Source: Thermodesulfobacteriota bacterium (GTDB lineage Bacteria; Desulfobacterota; Desulfobacteria; Desulfobacterales; C00003060). Taken from it: a stretch of 64,000 nucleotides of DNA. The stretch's first letter is position 1, and each line of letters begins with the position of its first letter. The position numbers were made by a program, and so were the translations under genes. Shown one piece after another: positions 1 through 9,691 of the stretch. The notes below the pieces were generated by a model. That model did no database searches. It had not been told where the DNA came from and was given only the letters and a program-made list of their open reading frames with translations. The DNA lies in assembly GCA_034189385.1 (NCBI GenBank), contig JAXHVD010000011.1, positions 32,001 to 96,000 of the forward strand, in the 5' to 3' direction.

Positions 1-1
1 C

Positions 2-811
2 CACAAGCAAGACATTACCATCGGCGAGCTCCTTTCTCACACCTCCGGCCTGCCTAACTATCGTCCTTACTATGAGACGTTGACCAAAGTCCCATTCCCT
101 AAGCGGGAACAGGTGCTCCAAAACCTGCTTTTAGGCGAAGAGCTCATCTCTGAACCAGGAAGAGCTTGTCTGTACAGTGATATAGGGTTCATGATCCTAA
201 AATGGGTTGTCGAGGTTGTCGCTAAGAAGACTCTTGATCGCTTTGTGGAAGAACATGTGTATGGGCCTCTTGGGCTTAAGAGCCTTTTCTTTGTTCCTTT
301 AAGAGAGGGCCCCAATAGAGACGACCACGCCTGTGCCGCAACTGAAGCTTGTCCCTGGCGCGGGAGAATCCTGGAAGGCGAAGTGCACGATGAAAACGCA
401 CACGCTCTCGGTGGTGTGGCAGGCCACGCTGGGCTGTTCGGCACCGCAGGGGACGTATCCACTCTGTTGCTGGAACTCTTGAAGACCTACCTGGGAAAGC
501 CAAGCACCGGCCTATTTCATCACCCTGTTGTTCGCACCTTCTTCCAGCGTCACTCCCACCTGGGAAGCTATGCCCTTGGCTTCGACACGCCGTCACGACC
601 TGATTCGAGCAGCGGCCGTTACTCCTCTGATCAAAGTGTTGGCCATCTTGGCTTTACCGGGACCTCTTTCTGGATGGACCTTGAGAAGGCGGTCATCGTG
701 GTTCTTCTTACAAACAGAATTCATCCCACCAGGAAGAATGAAAGAATCACTGAGTTTCGCCCCCTGTTACATGACACAATCATGGACGCCCTGGGCTGGC
801 GAGACCTATAG
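2..811 (+). CDS. Serine hydrolase, beta-lactamase class C/AmpC-like family (5' truncated by window edge)
   Basis: Frame is open from base 2 (HKQDITIGELLSHTSGLP, the LLxHTSGL motif); also YSDIGF, AGHAGLF and GHLGFTGT motifs. Confidence 0.85.
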   Translation, partial: HKQDITIGELLSHTSGLPNYRPYYETLTKVPFPKREQVLQNLLLGEELISEPGRACLYSDIGFMILKWVVEVVAKKTLDRFVEEHVYGPLGLKSLFFVPLREGPNRDDHACAATEACPWRGRILEGEVHDENAHALGGVAGHAGLFGTAGDVSTLLLELLKTYLGKPSTGLFHHPVVRTFFQRHSHLGSYALGFDTPSRPDSSSGRYSSDQSVGHLGFTGTSFWMDLEKAVIVVLLTNRIHPTRKNERITEFRPLLHDTIMDALGWRDL

Positions 812-932
812 TCCGGTCGGCTCATGCACACTGGACTCCTCTCCGGCCCCGGCGGCTCGAACAAAGATGGCCTGGCATCTCTCGTCGCCCTTTGACGGCA
901 CTATCCATGGCGTCTGCCCTGCGGTTTGAAAA

Positions 933-1868
933 TCACAAACGGGACACCCAATTCTCGGCAAGCCATTTGTATGACTGCATTCTGCTGTACCCCAGGAAGA
1001 TGGAGTTTTCATCATGGCGCTCATAGACCTTCAAGGCTTTTTCCTTGTTCATATTGGCATAACAATAGACACAGCCGTGGGCGCAGGTGTCATAGGTGCC
1101 GATGTCCCTGCTTTCGGTGCATCCACACCCTTTCCTGGTGGGCCTTACCTTGAGGTTCACATCATGGGGGAAAAGCTCTCTGATGAGGTCACCGTCTACA
1201 CAGCGGGCTTTTTTGATCTTCTCATTCATCAGGAAGTCCCCGCAACAGGCGTGCATCTCAATGCCATAGTCCTTGGCGATTTCTGCCAGCTCGTTTGCCA
1301 AGGCCTTTTTTGTCTCGTCGTCCGGGTCCATGACGTGGACGCCCTTTTCTGCTTCAAGTCTTTCGAAGTTTCTTTTGACCTTGCCGTACATCTGAACGTA
1401 GCTAAAAAAACAGCGCTCCACAGAGCCTTCCAGTCTTGCGGCGAGCCTTTGGAAATTCTTCAGATGGAATGTTGCATTGGTGAGATCTGACATGATGATC
1501 GGGTCATACCTCCAAATGAGGTGCTTCGGGGAGTACCTCTGGCTCAGTTGCTTAAGCGTCTTGACGGCCGTTTCTGTTTCCACCAGATTGGGCTCAAAGG
1601 CCTTTGGCAACCCCGTGATGGTAAAATGGAACAGGGAGCCGTACCCCATAGCATCAATGACCTTCAGCGGTTCAAGGAAAGGCTGAAAGTTTTTGGACCA
1701 CAAGACAAAACATATTACATCTTCTGGTTTGAGCGAAACGATGTATCTTTTGTCTCCGGCAAAAGGGTTGACGTAGCCCACAAAACCGGCCTTCAGCCTG
1801 TTCAGGAACCAATCGGAGTAGAAGGCCGGTATGTCGGTCCTGCGGGATACTGAAATGATCCTTTTCAT
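933..1868 (-). CDS. DUF1848-family protein (radical-SAM-like, C-terminal CxxxCxxC)
   Basis: Starts MKRIISVSRRTDIPAFYSDWF; WRYDPI motif; C-terminal CGC...DIGTYDTCAHGCVYCYA. Start trimmed from the 1976 ORF call to ATG 1868. Confidence 0.85.
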   Translation of the reverse strand: MKRIISVSRRTDIPAFYSDWFLNRLKAGFVGYVNPFAGDKRYIVSLKPEDVICFVLWSKNFQPFLEPLKVIDAMGYGSLFHFTITGLPKAFEPNLVETETAVKTLKQLSQRYSPKHLIWRYDPIIMSDLTNATFHLKNFQRLAARLEGSVERCFFSYVQMYGKVKRNFERLEAEKGVHVMDPDDETKKALANELAEIAKDYGIEMHACCGDFLMNEKIKKARCVDGDLIRELFPHDVNLKVRPTRKGCGCTESRDIGTYDTCAHGCVYCYANMNKEKALKVYERHDENSIFLGYSRMQSYKWLAENWVSRL

Positions 1869-2052
1869 GGGCAGTTCTTCTTCAGGGTCGCCCCCAAAGG
1901 ACTTGACGTGATCCTGTCCGCCGCGCAAAGGGGCCAGGGATTGCGGCTTGCGCCTTAAGAAGATGCGAGGCTTCAAGTGCAGTGCCCAACAAAACCAAGC
2001 GCTCCTTCCAAGGGCATATCAAACCCATGTCCTCTGGACCAAGGTTGCTTAC

Positions 2053-2091
2053 AAAAAAACCCCTGACTCCATTACGGAATGTCAGGGGCTT
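2053..2091 (-). terminator. Intrinsic terminator after tRNA-Glu
   Basis: Minus strand reads GCCCCTGACATTCCGTAATGGAGTCAGGGG followed by TTTTTTT. Confidence 0.8.
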
Positions 2092-2101
2092 ACGATGGAT
2101 C

Positions 2102-2177
2102 TGGTAGTCCCAACGGGAATCGAACCCGTGTCTTCGGCGTGAGAGGCCGATATCCTAGACCGCTAGACGATGGGACC
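2102..2177 (-). tRNA. tRNA-Glu (anticodon CUC)
   Basis: Reverse complement GGTCCCATCGTCTAGCGGTCTAGGATATCGGCCTCTCACGCCGAAGACACGGGTTCGATTCCCGTTGGGACTACCA folds as a cloverleaf; anticodon loop CT-CTC-AC, GTTCGA T-loop, encoded CCA. Confidence 0.96.
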
Positions 2178-2212
2178 ACACAGCGGAATGTGTCACCTGT
2201 TGAATGCCCCGT

Positions 2213-2241
2213 AAGGTACCCAATAGGGGGCTTCTTGTCAA
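2213..2241 (-). promoter_or_regulatory. Sigma70-type promoter of tRNA-Glu
   Basis: TTGACA-17 nt-TACCTT on the minus strand, about 35 nt upstream of the tRNA. Confidence 0.7.
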
Positions 2242-2327
2242 TCCCTTTTGTGGTGCCGCCCGTGGCCTGTGGCCCCCTTCACCCTTCACTCCACTGTGCG
2301 GTGTGCCCTAGTGGTGAGCAGAGAGGG

Positions 2328-3647
2328 CTATCCCTTTCGCGCCCAGGTCTTCTTGTTTTCGATAAGGGCCTGGACCGGCTCCATGCCCATGGCTTCGTTT
2401 TGCTCGATGGCCTTGAGGACAGCTCCCCCACCGGTGAAAAAGTAATAAAGCGCATCGTCTAGCACCGAGAGATAGAGCCCAGGGCAAAGGCTTTTGAATT
2501 CCTGGAGCGTATCTCCACCGCCATAAAACTTCCATGCTGTCTGGTTCTTATCGATAGTCCGATCAAGGGCCTCAGAGCCCTCTGTGTAATGGGGTGTAAA
2601 CCCCATGACGGCATTGACAAAGATAGTCTGGGCCGAACCGATGGTGTGTGCCACCTTTTCGTCGGAAAAAGACCTGGAATCGATATCTAACACGTAGCCA
2701 TAGGATTTGCTGGGGACAAGGTCCTTCACGGCAATCCGTCTGTATTTTCCCCGGACTTTCTTGCCCAGCGTCTCTGCTTCTACGATGTGGGGAAGCTCCA
2801 CGATCTTTTTCTTCTTCTTGTCCAGAGAGACTAGCTTTTGGGCGGCTGCGATGTCTTCATCGGAAACCCCGGCAATCCGAATCTTGTATTTTGCGCACAG
2901 ATAGGTGTTGTAGATGACTCCGCCCAGGATCAGGTAATCCACCCTTTTGTAAAGCTCATTCAAAGGGCCTATCTTGGTATCGTACTTGGCACCTGCCACC
3001 ACTGCCACAAAGGGGCGTTTGGGACGCAGGACCTGGTCCAGGTGCCGGATCTCTTCTTGCATGAGAAATCCCGCATAACCGGGAAGATACTCTGTAATGT
3101 CATAGGTCGAGGCATGGGGCTGCCATGAGCCAAAGGCATCGTTTACAAAGACGTCTGCAAGACCTGCCAGTTGACGGGTAAAAGAATCTCTCAGATCGCC
3201 CCTTGCCTCTTCCCCTTCAAACCACCGGGTATTGGGGAGATAAATGCCACCGATTCTGCGCTGCCTCAGGTCCCTGATGGCCAGGTTAAAAGAGGTGTCA
3301 ATGCCCAGAATGCCCCGCTTTTCTTCCGCCCGAAAAGTAGGCACGTGGATCCTGGTATGGAGCTTTCTTTCAATGTAGGCGGCAATCGCATCTGTAGAAG
3401 TGGCAGGATCGCACGTTATCTCCCCGGTCTTTTTGTCCTTGGGACGCCCCACGTGGGACATCAGGATGATCCGACCTCCCCTTTCAACGATGTTATATAG
3501 GGTCCCGATGGTGCGATCGATCCTGTAAGGATCCCGAATGACGCCTTCTTTCACCACATTGTGATCCACACGGACCAGGACTATTTTGTCGGCCAGGTCT
3601 GCATCCTGAATCACAGGGAGTCGGTTTTCTTTCAGCGACTTGCTCAT
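2328..3647 (-). CDS. pgk: Phosphoglycerate kinase (divergent)
   Basis: VLVRVDHNV, MSHVGRP, VNDAFG, GAK, GGGDT and TGGGA motifs. Confidence 0.85.
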   Translation of the reverse strand: MSKSLKENRLPVIQDADLADKIVLVRVDHNVVKEGVIRDPYRIDRTIGTLYNIVERGGRIILMSHVGRPKDKKTGEITCDPATSTDAIAAYIERKLHTRIHVPTFRAEEKRGILGIDTSFNLAIRDLRQRRIGGIYLPNTRWFEGEEARGDLRDSFTRQLAGLADVFVNDAFGSWQPHASTYDITEYLPGYAGFLMQEEIRHLDQVLRPKRPFVAVVAGAKYDTKIGPLNELYKRVDYLILGGVIYNTYLCAKYKIRIAGVSDEDIAAAQKLVSLDKKKKKIVELPHIVEAETLGKKVRGKYRRIAVKDLVPSKSYGYVLDIDSRSFSDEKVAHTIGSAQTIFVNAVMGFTPHYTEGSEALDRTIDKNQTAWKFYGGGDTLQEFKSLCPGLYLSVLDDALYYFFTGGGAVLKAIEQNEAMGMEPVQALIENKKTWARKG

Positions 3648-3948
3648 CTTAATCCCTCATACTTCAAGCTGTCCTTTCAGTAGAGACCTCTTTTGCCTTG
3701 TTCCTATAAGCTTCTTGACCCATCTGCGGCCTTGCTAACGAAATTGCAGAAACCCTTTGCACCGAAAGATCCATGATTTAAGGACTTGCCCAGTGATCTG
3801 GTCCTTTCACTTGGCCAAGAGGGGTGCCCCCAATAGCTTATCATGGTCCCTCAAGGGTGCTATACAAGGGCTTCCAACATTCATCTGATAGACCTCGGAC
3901 CATCTCCTACTGATTTACATGTGAAAACCACTGACACCAGTGGTTCTG

Positions 3949-4152
3949 TCAGCCCTGCTCAGGTTTTCTGGCCCCTTGCCTGCGCCCAAAGATGAGGTAA
4001 ACAGGTCCTCCAATGTATGGAACAAAAACCACGAAGACTCCCCAAAGGACCTTCTTCTTAAGGGAGCCTAGGTCGCGATGGGCAAGGTCCACGATGGCCC
4101 AGAAGGTAAAGATGATGGGAACAAAGAGTATAATGATCAGGGTATGGCTCAT
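3949..4152 (-). CDS. Small two-TM membrane protein, PLDc N-terminal domain family
   Basis: Pattern WAIVDL...KKVLW...VPYIGGPVYLIFGR. Confidence 0.8.
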   Translation of the reverse strand: MSHTLIIILFVPIIFTFWAIVDLAHRDLGSLKKKVLWGVFVVFVPYIGGPVYLIFGRRQGARKPEQG

Positions 4153-4160
4153 ATGAAATC

Positions 4161-5099
4161 CTATTCGGTCTCTGTTTTATCTCGGCCCACACTTCTTAAA
4201 CGCTCAGCCACCTTCAGGATGGTCTCTGCATAATAGGTACTGTGGTTATAACGAAGCAAGATGCGTAGCGACTCATCCCGTTCTTGCCCTGGTCTCCACC
4301 CGTGCTGGTTCAGGTAGTTGGCCACACTCTCAATGGCATCTGGGTGCTCGTGGAGGCGGACCTGGCCATCCCTATTTCCATCTCGGCCAAAGGTGAGTAT
4401 ACTGGAGGGCACAAATTGGGCAAAGCCCAAGGCCCCAGCGTACGAGCCACGAAGGGAAAAGGGATCTATGTTCTGGGCCTGCACATAGGTCAAATAGGCC
4501 TTGAGTTCCTGGTATGCCCAGTCCGATTTGCGCACGGCCCATCTGTCAAAGCGCCCCTTTGCCTCTTGTGCCTTGCCTTTCACATAGCCGTTCCAGAGCA
4601 TATCCCGCGCGGCTAGTTCACCAAGGGCCGCCAGGCTTGAAAGGGTATTGATGACACGGTGCTTTCCGATGAACGTGCCCAGCCTGGACTCCACTAGGAG
4701 GATAGCAGTGACCACCTCGCCTTCCACGCCATAGCGCCTCTCGGTCTCCTTCAGACTTTTTCCATGTTCATGGAGGTAGGCTATGGCCTGGTCAATGGAG
4801 GATGGCGTCAGGAACTGGTCGTAGTCCAATGTGGCTTCACGGTGGGAGAAATAGTCGGCAATTCCTTTTCGGTCAAAGGCGGCCTCCGATCTGGCATAGA
4901 TCCCTTCTATCAACTTCCTGTCAAATCCGTCTTCAATAAGTCGCTGTTGGAGAAAGATGAAAGGATTGGGCCTTGTTGATGGGTTGCCAAGGGCGGGATC
5001 GGTCCGGCTGGCCAGGCAGAGAACGGTCACGACTGCCATGGCCAGCCATCGTAACACCACATCCCGTGGTTCACACCGGTATGACAACATAGAACTCAT
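4161..5099 (-). CDS. mltB: Lytic murein transglycosylase (MltB/SLT_2 family)
   Basis: AILLVESRLG (catalytic Glu), GSYAGALGFAQFVPSS, DGNRDG EF-hand-like loop, SVANYL, YNHS; start uncertain (5040-5153). Confidence 0.85.
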   Translation of the reverse strand: MSSMLSYRCEPRDVVLRWLAMAVVTVLCLASRTDPALGNPSTRPNPFIFLQQRLIEDGFDRKLIEGIYARSEAAFDRKGIADYFSHREATLDYDQFLTPSSIDQAIAYLHEHGKSLKETERRYGVEGEVVTAILLVESRLGTFIGKHRVINTLSSLAALGELAARDMLWNGYVKGKAQEAKGRFDRWAVRKSDWAYQELKAYLTYVQAQNIDPFSLRGSYAGALGFAQFVPSSILTFGRDGNRDGQVRLHEHPDAIESVANYLNQHGWRPGQERDESLRILLRYNHSTYYAETILKVAERLRSVGRDKTETE

Positions 5100-6429
5100 T
5101 TCCCTGTTCTTGCGCTCTGTGGCCAACAATGCCTCCATGTACTTCAACCACATTCTTCACAAAATGGAGCCCGTGACCTGTTCCTCCTACTGACTCCCTT
5201 TCCGTCATGCGAAACCCTTCGTCAAAAATGTGGCTTGCATTCTCCTTATCAATGGGGGGGCCTGAGGAGTAGACATACAAGGTCACTCCATGCTGTCCCC
5301 GACCAAAAGAGTCTTTGATCAGTGAGGTCCTGCAGTCTACCCTCTTTACCGCTTTTCCTGATGGGTCCTTGACCGATCTAGCGTACTTCTCGACATTTGA
5401 AAAAAGATTAGCCACCACCTGCGCCATGAGCCCTTTGTCCACCTTGACCTTGATATCATCAGCTTCTTGATGGTCTTTGACAATAGGATCAATGGCCATG
5501 CCCTGCTGGAGAAAACGGGCTCTGTATCGTTGGAGCTGAGGCAGAACGATATCTTCCCATACATAACATGGGGTTTTCCTGAGCATGTATTCACCAAACA
5601 AGAAATGGTCCCGACGGAGCAGACTCTCCAGAAAAAGGCTGGCGTGCTTGTAATGCTCTTCGATCCTCCCTTGATCGCCGAACATGCCCCTGTTTATCAC
5701 CACCATCTGTTCCACTATCTCAGTGAGTTTGGAATACAGCTCCGAGTCCTTGGTCTTGACCCCTCCAAGAAGGCCGTCGAGTTCGTTTTCGATTTCCTTA
5801 TTCCTGTTCAAATACTTTCTAATTTTTCGGAAGTAATACTTGTAATGCAGGTTGGGCTCGATCACGTTGTGGTCTATGTCCGCTACTAGGTTATTGATGA
5901 ATTTAAGGTGCTGGATATTCTGTTCGGCCAGAAATTTATTGTAGAGATTATACCCTATGCGGTTGACATATTTTTGGATGAAAAAAACCTGAGCGTCTTT
6001 GAGATGATCTGCCCGGCCCACCTCAAATATCCCTATGATGTCTCCTAAGGCGTGAAGAAGAATACGGCTGGAAGGGGTTCTCTTGCCGTGGATGGGTACT
6101 ACATAGGCCTTGCCGCTCTGATAGGGGACATCGGTGATCCTGATGTGAGGGGGCTCGTCGTCCTCTGTGGAGCCAAGGTGGGGATGGCTGTTGGCCACCC
6201 ATGTAATGGCTTGGGTCTTGGAATCAATCATATGTAGATTGCACTGCAGTCCAAAAAAGACCCGGGGCACGGCCACGCTCACGGCGTAGAGATTTTCTAG
6301 GCTGTCGTATTCTTGGGCGAGATCGAAAAAGGTATTAAGGGCGGACATTTCAAGTTTTCTGAAACTATAGCTGGTATAATCTTTCCTCTTTTGCTCGACC
6401 CGCTTGAGGATGGCAGAAAACGTGTCCAT
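5071..6429 (-). CDS. Soluble sensor histidine kinase (GAF-like N-terminus, atypical H-box, HATPase)
   Basis: N-box VVANLFSNVEKY, IFDEGF, GTGHGLHFVK, VHGG; candidate H-box DIDHNVIEP; no TM segments. Confidence 0.75.
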   Translation of the reverse strand: MDTFSAILKRVEQKRKDYTSYSFRKLEMSALNTFFDLAQEYDSLENLYAVSVAVPRVFFGLQCNLHMIDSKTQAITWVANSHPHLGSTEDDEPPHIRITDVPYQSGKAYVVPIHGKRTPSSRILLHALGDIIGIFEVGRADHLKDAQVFFIQKYVNRIGYNLYNKFLAEQNIQHLKFINNLVADIDHNVIEPNLHYKYYFRKIRKYLNRNKEIENELDGLLGGVKTKDSELYSKLTEIVEQMVVINRGMFGDQGRIEEHYKHASLFLESLLRRDHFLFGEYMLRKTPCYVWEDIVLPQLQRYRARFLQQGMAIDPIVKDHQEADDIKVKVDKGLMAQVVANLFSNVEKYARSVKDPSGKAVKRVDCRTSLIKDSFGRGQHGVTLYVYSSGPPIDKENASHIFDEGFRMTERESVGGTGHGLHFVKNVVEVHGGIVGHRAQEQGNEFYVVIPV

Positions 6430-6757
6430 GATGGTCTAAGATGCCTTGATTATTCTGGCAGTCCGCAATATGCAAGAGGTTGAACCTGGCAGTAGGCCCC
6501 GTGGTGGCCCTCTCAACGGCAGGCCCTTGGTTCATCGCTAGATTATGCTGTCAGGCCCATGTTGTCAAACGAAACCTATCTCTTCATTCCTATCCCAGCT
6601 TGCAGTTCGTCACAGTGGCGGCGCAGGGGACCTTGCATTGACTCGCTCAGAATGATAATGATTTCAAGGACGGATGGGACAACAAAGGCCACATCCTGTG
6701 AAACCAGTGCCATAACACAGACGTAACAGAAGGTGTCCTCTATCCAAATAAAGGCCC

Positions 6758-8134
6758 ATGAAAGCTAACAAAGCGGGAAAGACGGTCTTCCTGTGCCAGA
6801 ATTGCGGTTACCAAGCCCCCAAATGGATGGGCAAATGTCCCGACTGTGGCGAATGGAACACTCTGACAGAGGAAAGGCCGGCGTTTGGGGGCGCCCTTTT
6901 GTCCGAGAGGCCTGCCATTTCACACTCAGCCTCCAGACCTGTTCCCATAGACACAGTAAAAACAGACCAGGTGAGGCGCCTGACCACCGGGATTCAGGAA
7001 TTTGACAGGGTCCTGGGGGGCGGTCTGGTCCCCGGGTCTCTTGTCCTGATAGGGGGGGACCCCGGCATCGGGAAATCAACTCTCATGCTGCAGGCCGCCC
7101 ACCGGCTCGCATCTGGTGATCATAAAGTCCTCTACATCTCGGGTGAAGAATCGATCCAGCAGATAAAGCTCAGAAGCAGCCGTCTCGGCACAGGGTCTAA
7201 GGCCCTGTGGGTCGTCTCTGAGACAGATCTGGAATCGATTGGACACATGGCAAATCAGGTAACACCGGATGTGATGGTCGTTGATTCCGTACAAACCATA
7301 TTTGCTCCTGAGCTGACCTCCGCGCCGGGGAGTGTGACCCAGGTTCGGGAAGCCACCATGCACCTCATGTTTCTGGCAAAGCAGACCGGTATTCCCATTT
7401 TTCTGGTGGGGCACGTGACCAAAGAGGGCGCCATTGCTGGTCCCAGGCTCTTGGAGCACATGGTGGACACGGTCCTCTATTTCGAGGGTGGTCAGAACAA
7501 TCTTTTTCGCATCCTTCGGGCAGTCAAGAATCGGTTTGGCTCGACCAATGAAATCGGCGTGTTTGAAATGAAGGACCATGGGCTTTGTGAAGTGGCCAAC
7601 CCTTCGTCTTTCTTTTTGCCCGAGCACCCCTGTCTTGCTCCCGGTTCTGTGGTTACAGCCAGTTTGGAGGGATCTAGACCCATCCTGCTTGAGATCCAGG
7701 GCTTGGTCACCAGATCCAGTCTTGGCACGCCTCGCAGAACCGTGCTTGGCGTGGACTATAACAGGGTTTCGCTTCTAGTGGCCATCATGGAAAAGAAACT
7801 CGGTTTGCAGCTAATGAACGAAGACATTTTTGTAAATGTGGCCGGAGGCGTGAAGGTCGATGAGCCCGCAGCGGATTTGGGCATTGTCTCAGTCATTGCC
7901 TCCAGTTTCTTTGACAACCCTGTCAAGGGACGGACGGTGTTGTTGGGTGAAATCGGCTTGACCGGAGAGGTCAGGGCCATCAGTCGGGTAGAGCCGAGGG
8001 TCCTTGAGGCGGCAAAGATGGGCTTTGAACGGTGCCTCCTTCCGAAAGACAACTTGAAAAATCTCAAGGGACCAGGCTCCATGGAACTCATCGGCCTTCG
8101 GAGGGTCTCGGAGGTGGTGGATCTGTTGTTTTGA
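6758..8134 (+). CDS. radA: DNA repair protein RadA/Sms
   Basis: CxxC...CxxC Zn finger, GGDPGIGKS Walker A, KNRFG motif, Lon-like C-terminus. Confidence 0.97.
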   Translation: MKANKAGKTVFLCQNCGYQAPKWMGKCPDCGEWNTLTEERPAFGGALLSERPAISHSASRPVPIDTVKTDQVRRLTTGIQEFDRVLGGGLVPGSLVLIGGDPGIGKSTLMLQAAHRLASGDHKVLYISGEESIQQIKLRSSRLGTGSKALWVVSETDLESIGHMANQVTPDVMVVDSVQTIFAPELTSAPGSVTQVREATMHLMFLAKQTGIPIFLVGHVTKEGAIAGPRLLEHMVDTVLYFEGGQNNLFRILRAVKNRFGSTNEIGVFEMKDHGLCEVANPSSFFLPEHPCLAPGSVVTASLEGSRPILLEIQGLVTRSSLGTPRRTVLGVDYNRVSLLVAIMEKKLGLQLMNEDIFVNVAGGVKVDEPAADLGIVSVIASSFFDNPVKGRTVLLGEIGLTGEVRAISRVEPRVLEAAKMGFERCLLPKDNLKNLKGPGSMELIGLRRVSEVVDLLF

Positions 8135-8160
8135 CTTGAAAAGGAGACGTTGGTTGCTGT

Positions 8161-8853
8161 ATGGTCAAACGGGCACGCCGGGTGAAACCTCATCCATGGC
8201 ACGATTCTTATACGTTAAGGGCCCGTAAAGAAGGATATCCAGCCCGATCTGTTTACAAACTTGAGGAAATCCAAAGGGCTTTTTGCGTCCTGAAAAAGAG
8301 TGGGGCTGTACTTGACTTAGGCTGTTTCCCTGGCTCTTGGCTCCTCTATGCTTCCGAGATAGTCGGAGGCAAAGGGAGAGTTGTCGGGGTAGACATTACC
8401 CCGATTTCCATTCAACTGCCTCCCAATGTTCGATTTTTGCAACACGATGTTCTTGCCTGGAATGGATCATTCTTGGAGGCCGCTGGAGGGCCCTTTGACA
8501 CGGTCTTGAGCGACATGGCACCTTCCAGCACGGGAAGCAAGTTTGTGGACGCCCAAAGGTCCCTTGAGCTGAGTGAATCCGCTTTGGCTGTTGCAGCGAC
8601 TGTGCTGCGAGCCAAAGGGGCTTTTGTGTGCAAGGTTTTTCACGGGTCTGGTTTTAAGGGCTTTTCGGATCGAGCCAAGACTATCTTTGAACGCGTTGCC
8701 CATGTGAAACCAAAAAGCAGCAGAAAGGCAAGCAAAGAGATCTTCGTGGTTGGCCTAGGAAAGAGAGGCGTGCCAAAGAAGGGGCAGAGGGAACAGACTA
8801 GCCAGAAAATGAGGGGGCAGTATGTCAGGACATTCCAAGTGGAGCACGATTAA
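8161..8853 (+). CDS. rlmE: 23S rRNA Um2552 methyltransferase RlmE/FtsJ
   Basis: [38 protein letters not shown]. Confidence 0.93.
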   Translation: MVKRARRVKPHPWHDSYTLRARKEGYPARSVYKLEEIQRAFCVLKKSGAVLDLGCFPGSWLLYASEIVGGKGRVVGVDITPISIQLPPNVRFLQHDVLAWNGSFLEAAGGPFDTVLSDMAPSSTGSKFVDAQRSLELSESALAVAATVLRAKGAFVCKVFHGSGFKGFSDRAKTIFERVAHVKPKSSRKASKEIFVVGLGKRGVPKKGQREQTSQKMRGQYVRTFQVEHD

Positions 8854-9574
8854 AAGAAAAAAGGGCGTCACTGATGCCAGGCGGGGCAAGGTTTTTACTA
8901 AGCTCATCAAGGAAATCACTGTAGCGGCACGCTTCGGGGGTGGTGATCCGGACGCTAATCCTCGCCTTCGCACTGCCATTGCCACGGCAAGGGCAGAGAA
9001 TATGCCAAAGGACAACATTGAAAGGGCTATAAAGAAAGGGACAGGTGAACTAGAGGGCGCCACGTACGAAGAGGTTTGCTACGAAGGATACGGTCCTGGC
9101 GGGGCAGCCGTGCTGGTGGAATCGCTAACCGACAATAAGAATCGCACAGTGGCAGACATCCGCCATGTTTTCAGCAAGTCAGGTGGAAGCCTCGGTGAGG
9201 CTGGATGCGTGGCCTGGATGTTTGACAAGAAGGGACTCTTTGTCCTTGAGAAAACCGGCATAGACGAAGAGACGCTCATGGAAGCCACGCTGGATGCCGG
9301 GGCAGAAGACATCCGGGATGAAGGAGAGACCTTTGAGGTGATTACCTCTCCGGCAGACTTCGAGGATGTGAAGAAGGCCTTGGAAGAAAAGGAGCTGCCT
9401 TATGTCCTCGCCGAGATCACTATGGTCCCCAACAGCACTATCAAACTGGAGAACAAAGAGGCCGAACAGATGCTTAGACTCATGGACATGCTGGAGGATT
9501 CAGATGATGTCCAAAAGGCCTATTCCAATTTTGACATATCTGAGAAGACCCTTGCAGAGTTAGGAAGTGTGTAG
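8822..9574 (+). CDS. yebC: YebC/PmpR family protein
   Basis: [30 protein letters not shown]. Confidence 0.97.
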   Translation: MSGHSKWSTIKRKKGVTDARRGKVFTKLIKEITVAARFGGGDPDANPRLRTAIATARAENMPKDNIERAIKKGTGELEGATYEEVCYEGYGPGGAAVLVESLTDNKNRTVADIRHVFSKSGGSLGEAGCVAWMFDKKGLFVLEKTGIDEETLMEATLDAGAEDIRDEGETFEVITSPADFEDVKKALEEKELPYVLAEITMVPNSTIKLENKEAEQMLRLMDMLEDSDDVQKAYSNFDISEKTLAELGSV

Positions 9575-9691
9575 ATTTTCTCAGCATGAGGGAGGCACGA
9601 TTTTTTTTGAAAGGGGTTTACAAACCGGGGGTTTCTGTTATGTAGAGATGCCGGTCGACAGAACAGCACCAAGGAGAAAGGTGACGCCGTC

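Noticed and set aside
933..2177. Genomic island integrated at tRNA-Glu
   Set aside because: No integrase and no duplicated tRNA 3' end in the window; the native terminator directly follows the tRNA.
8760..8853. RlmE C-terminal extension overlapping yebC as a programmed fusion or frameshift
   Set aside because: yebC has its own RBS and canonical MSGHSKW start; the 32-nt overlap is simply explained by a late stop codon.
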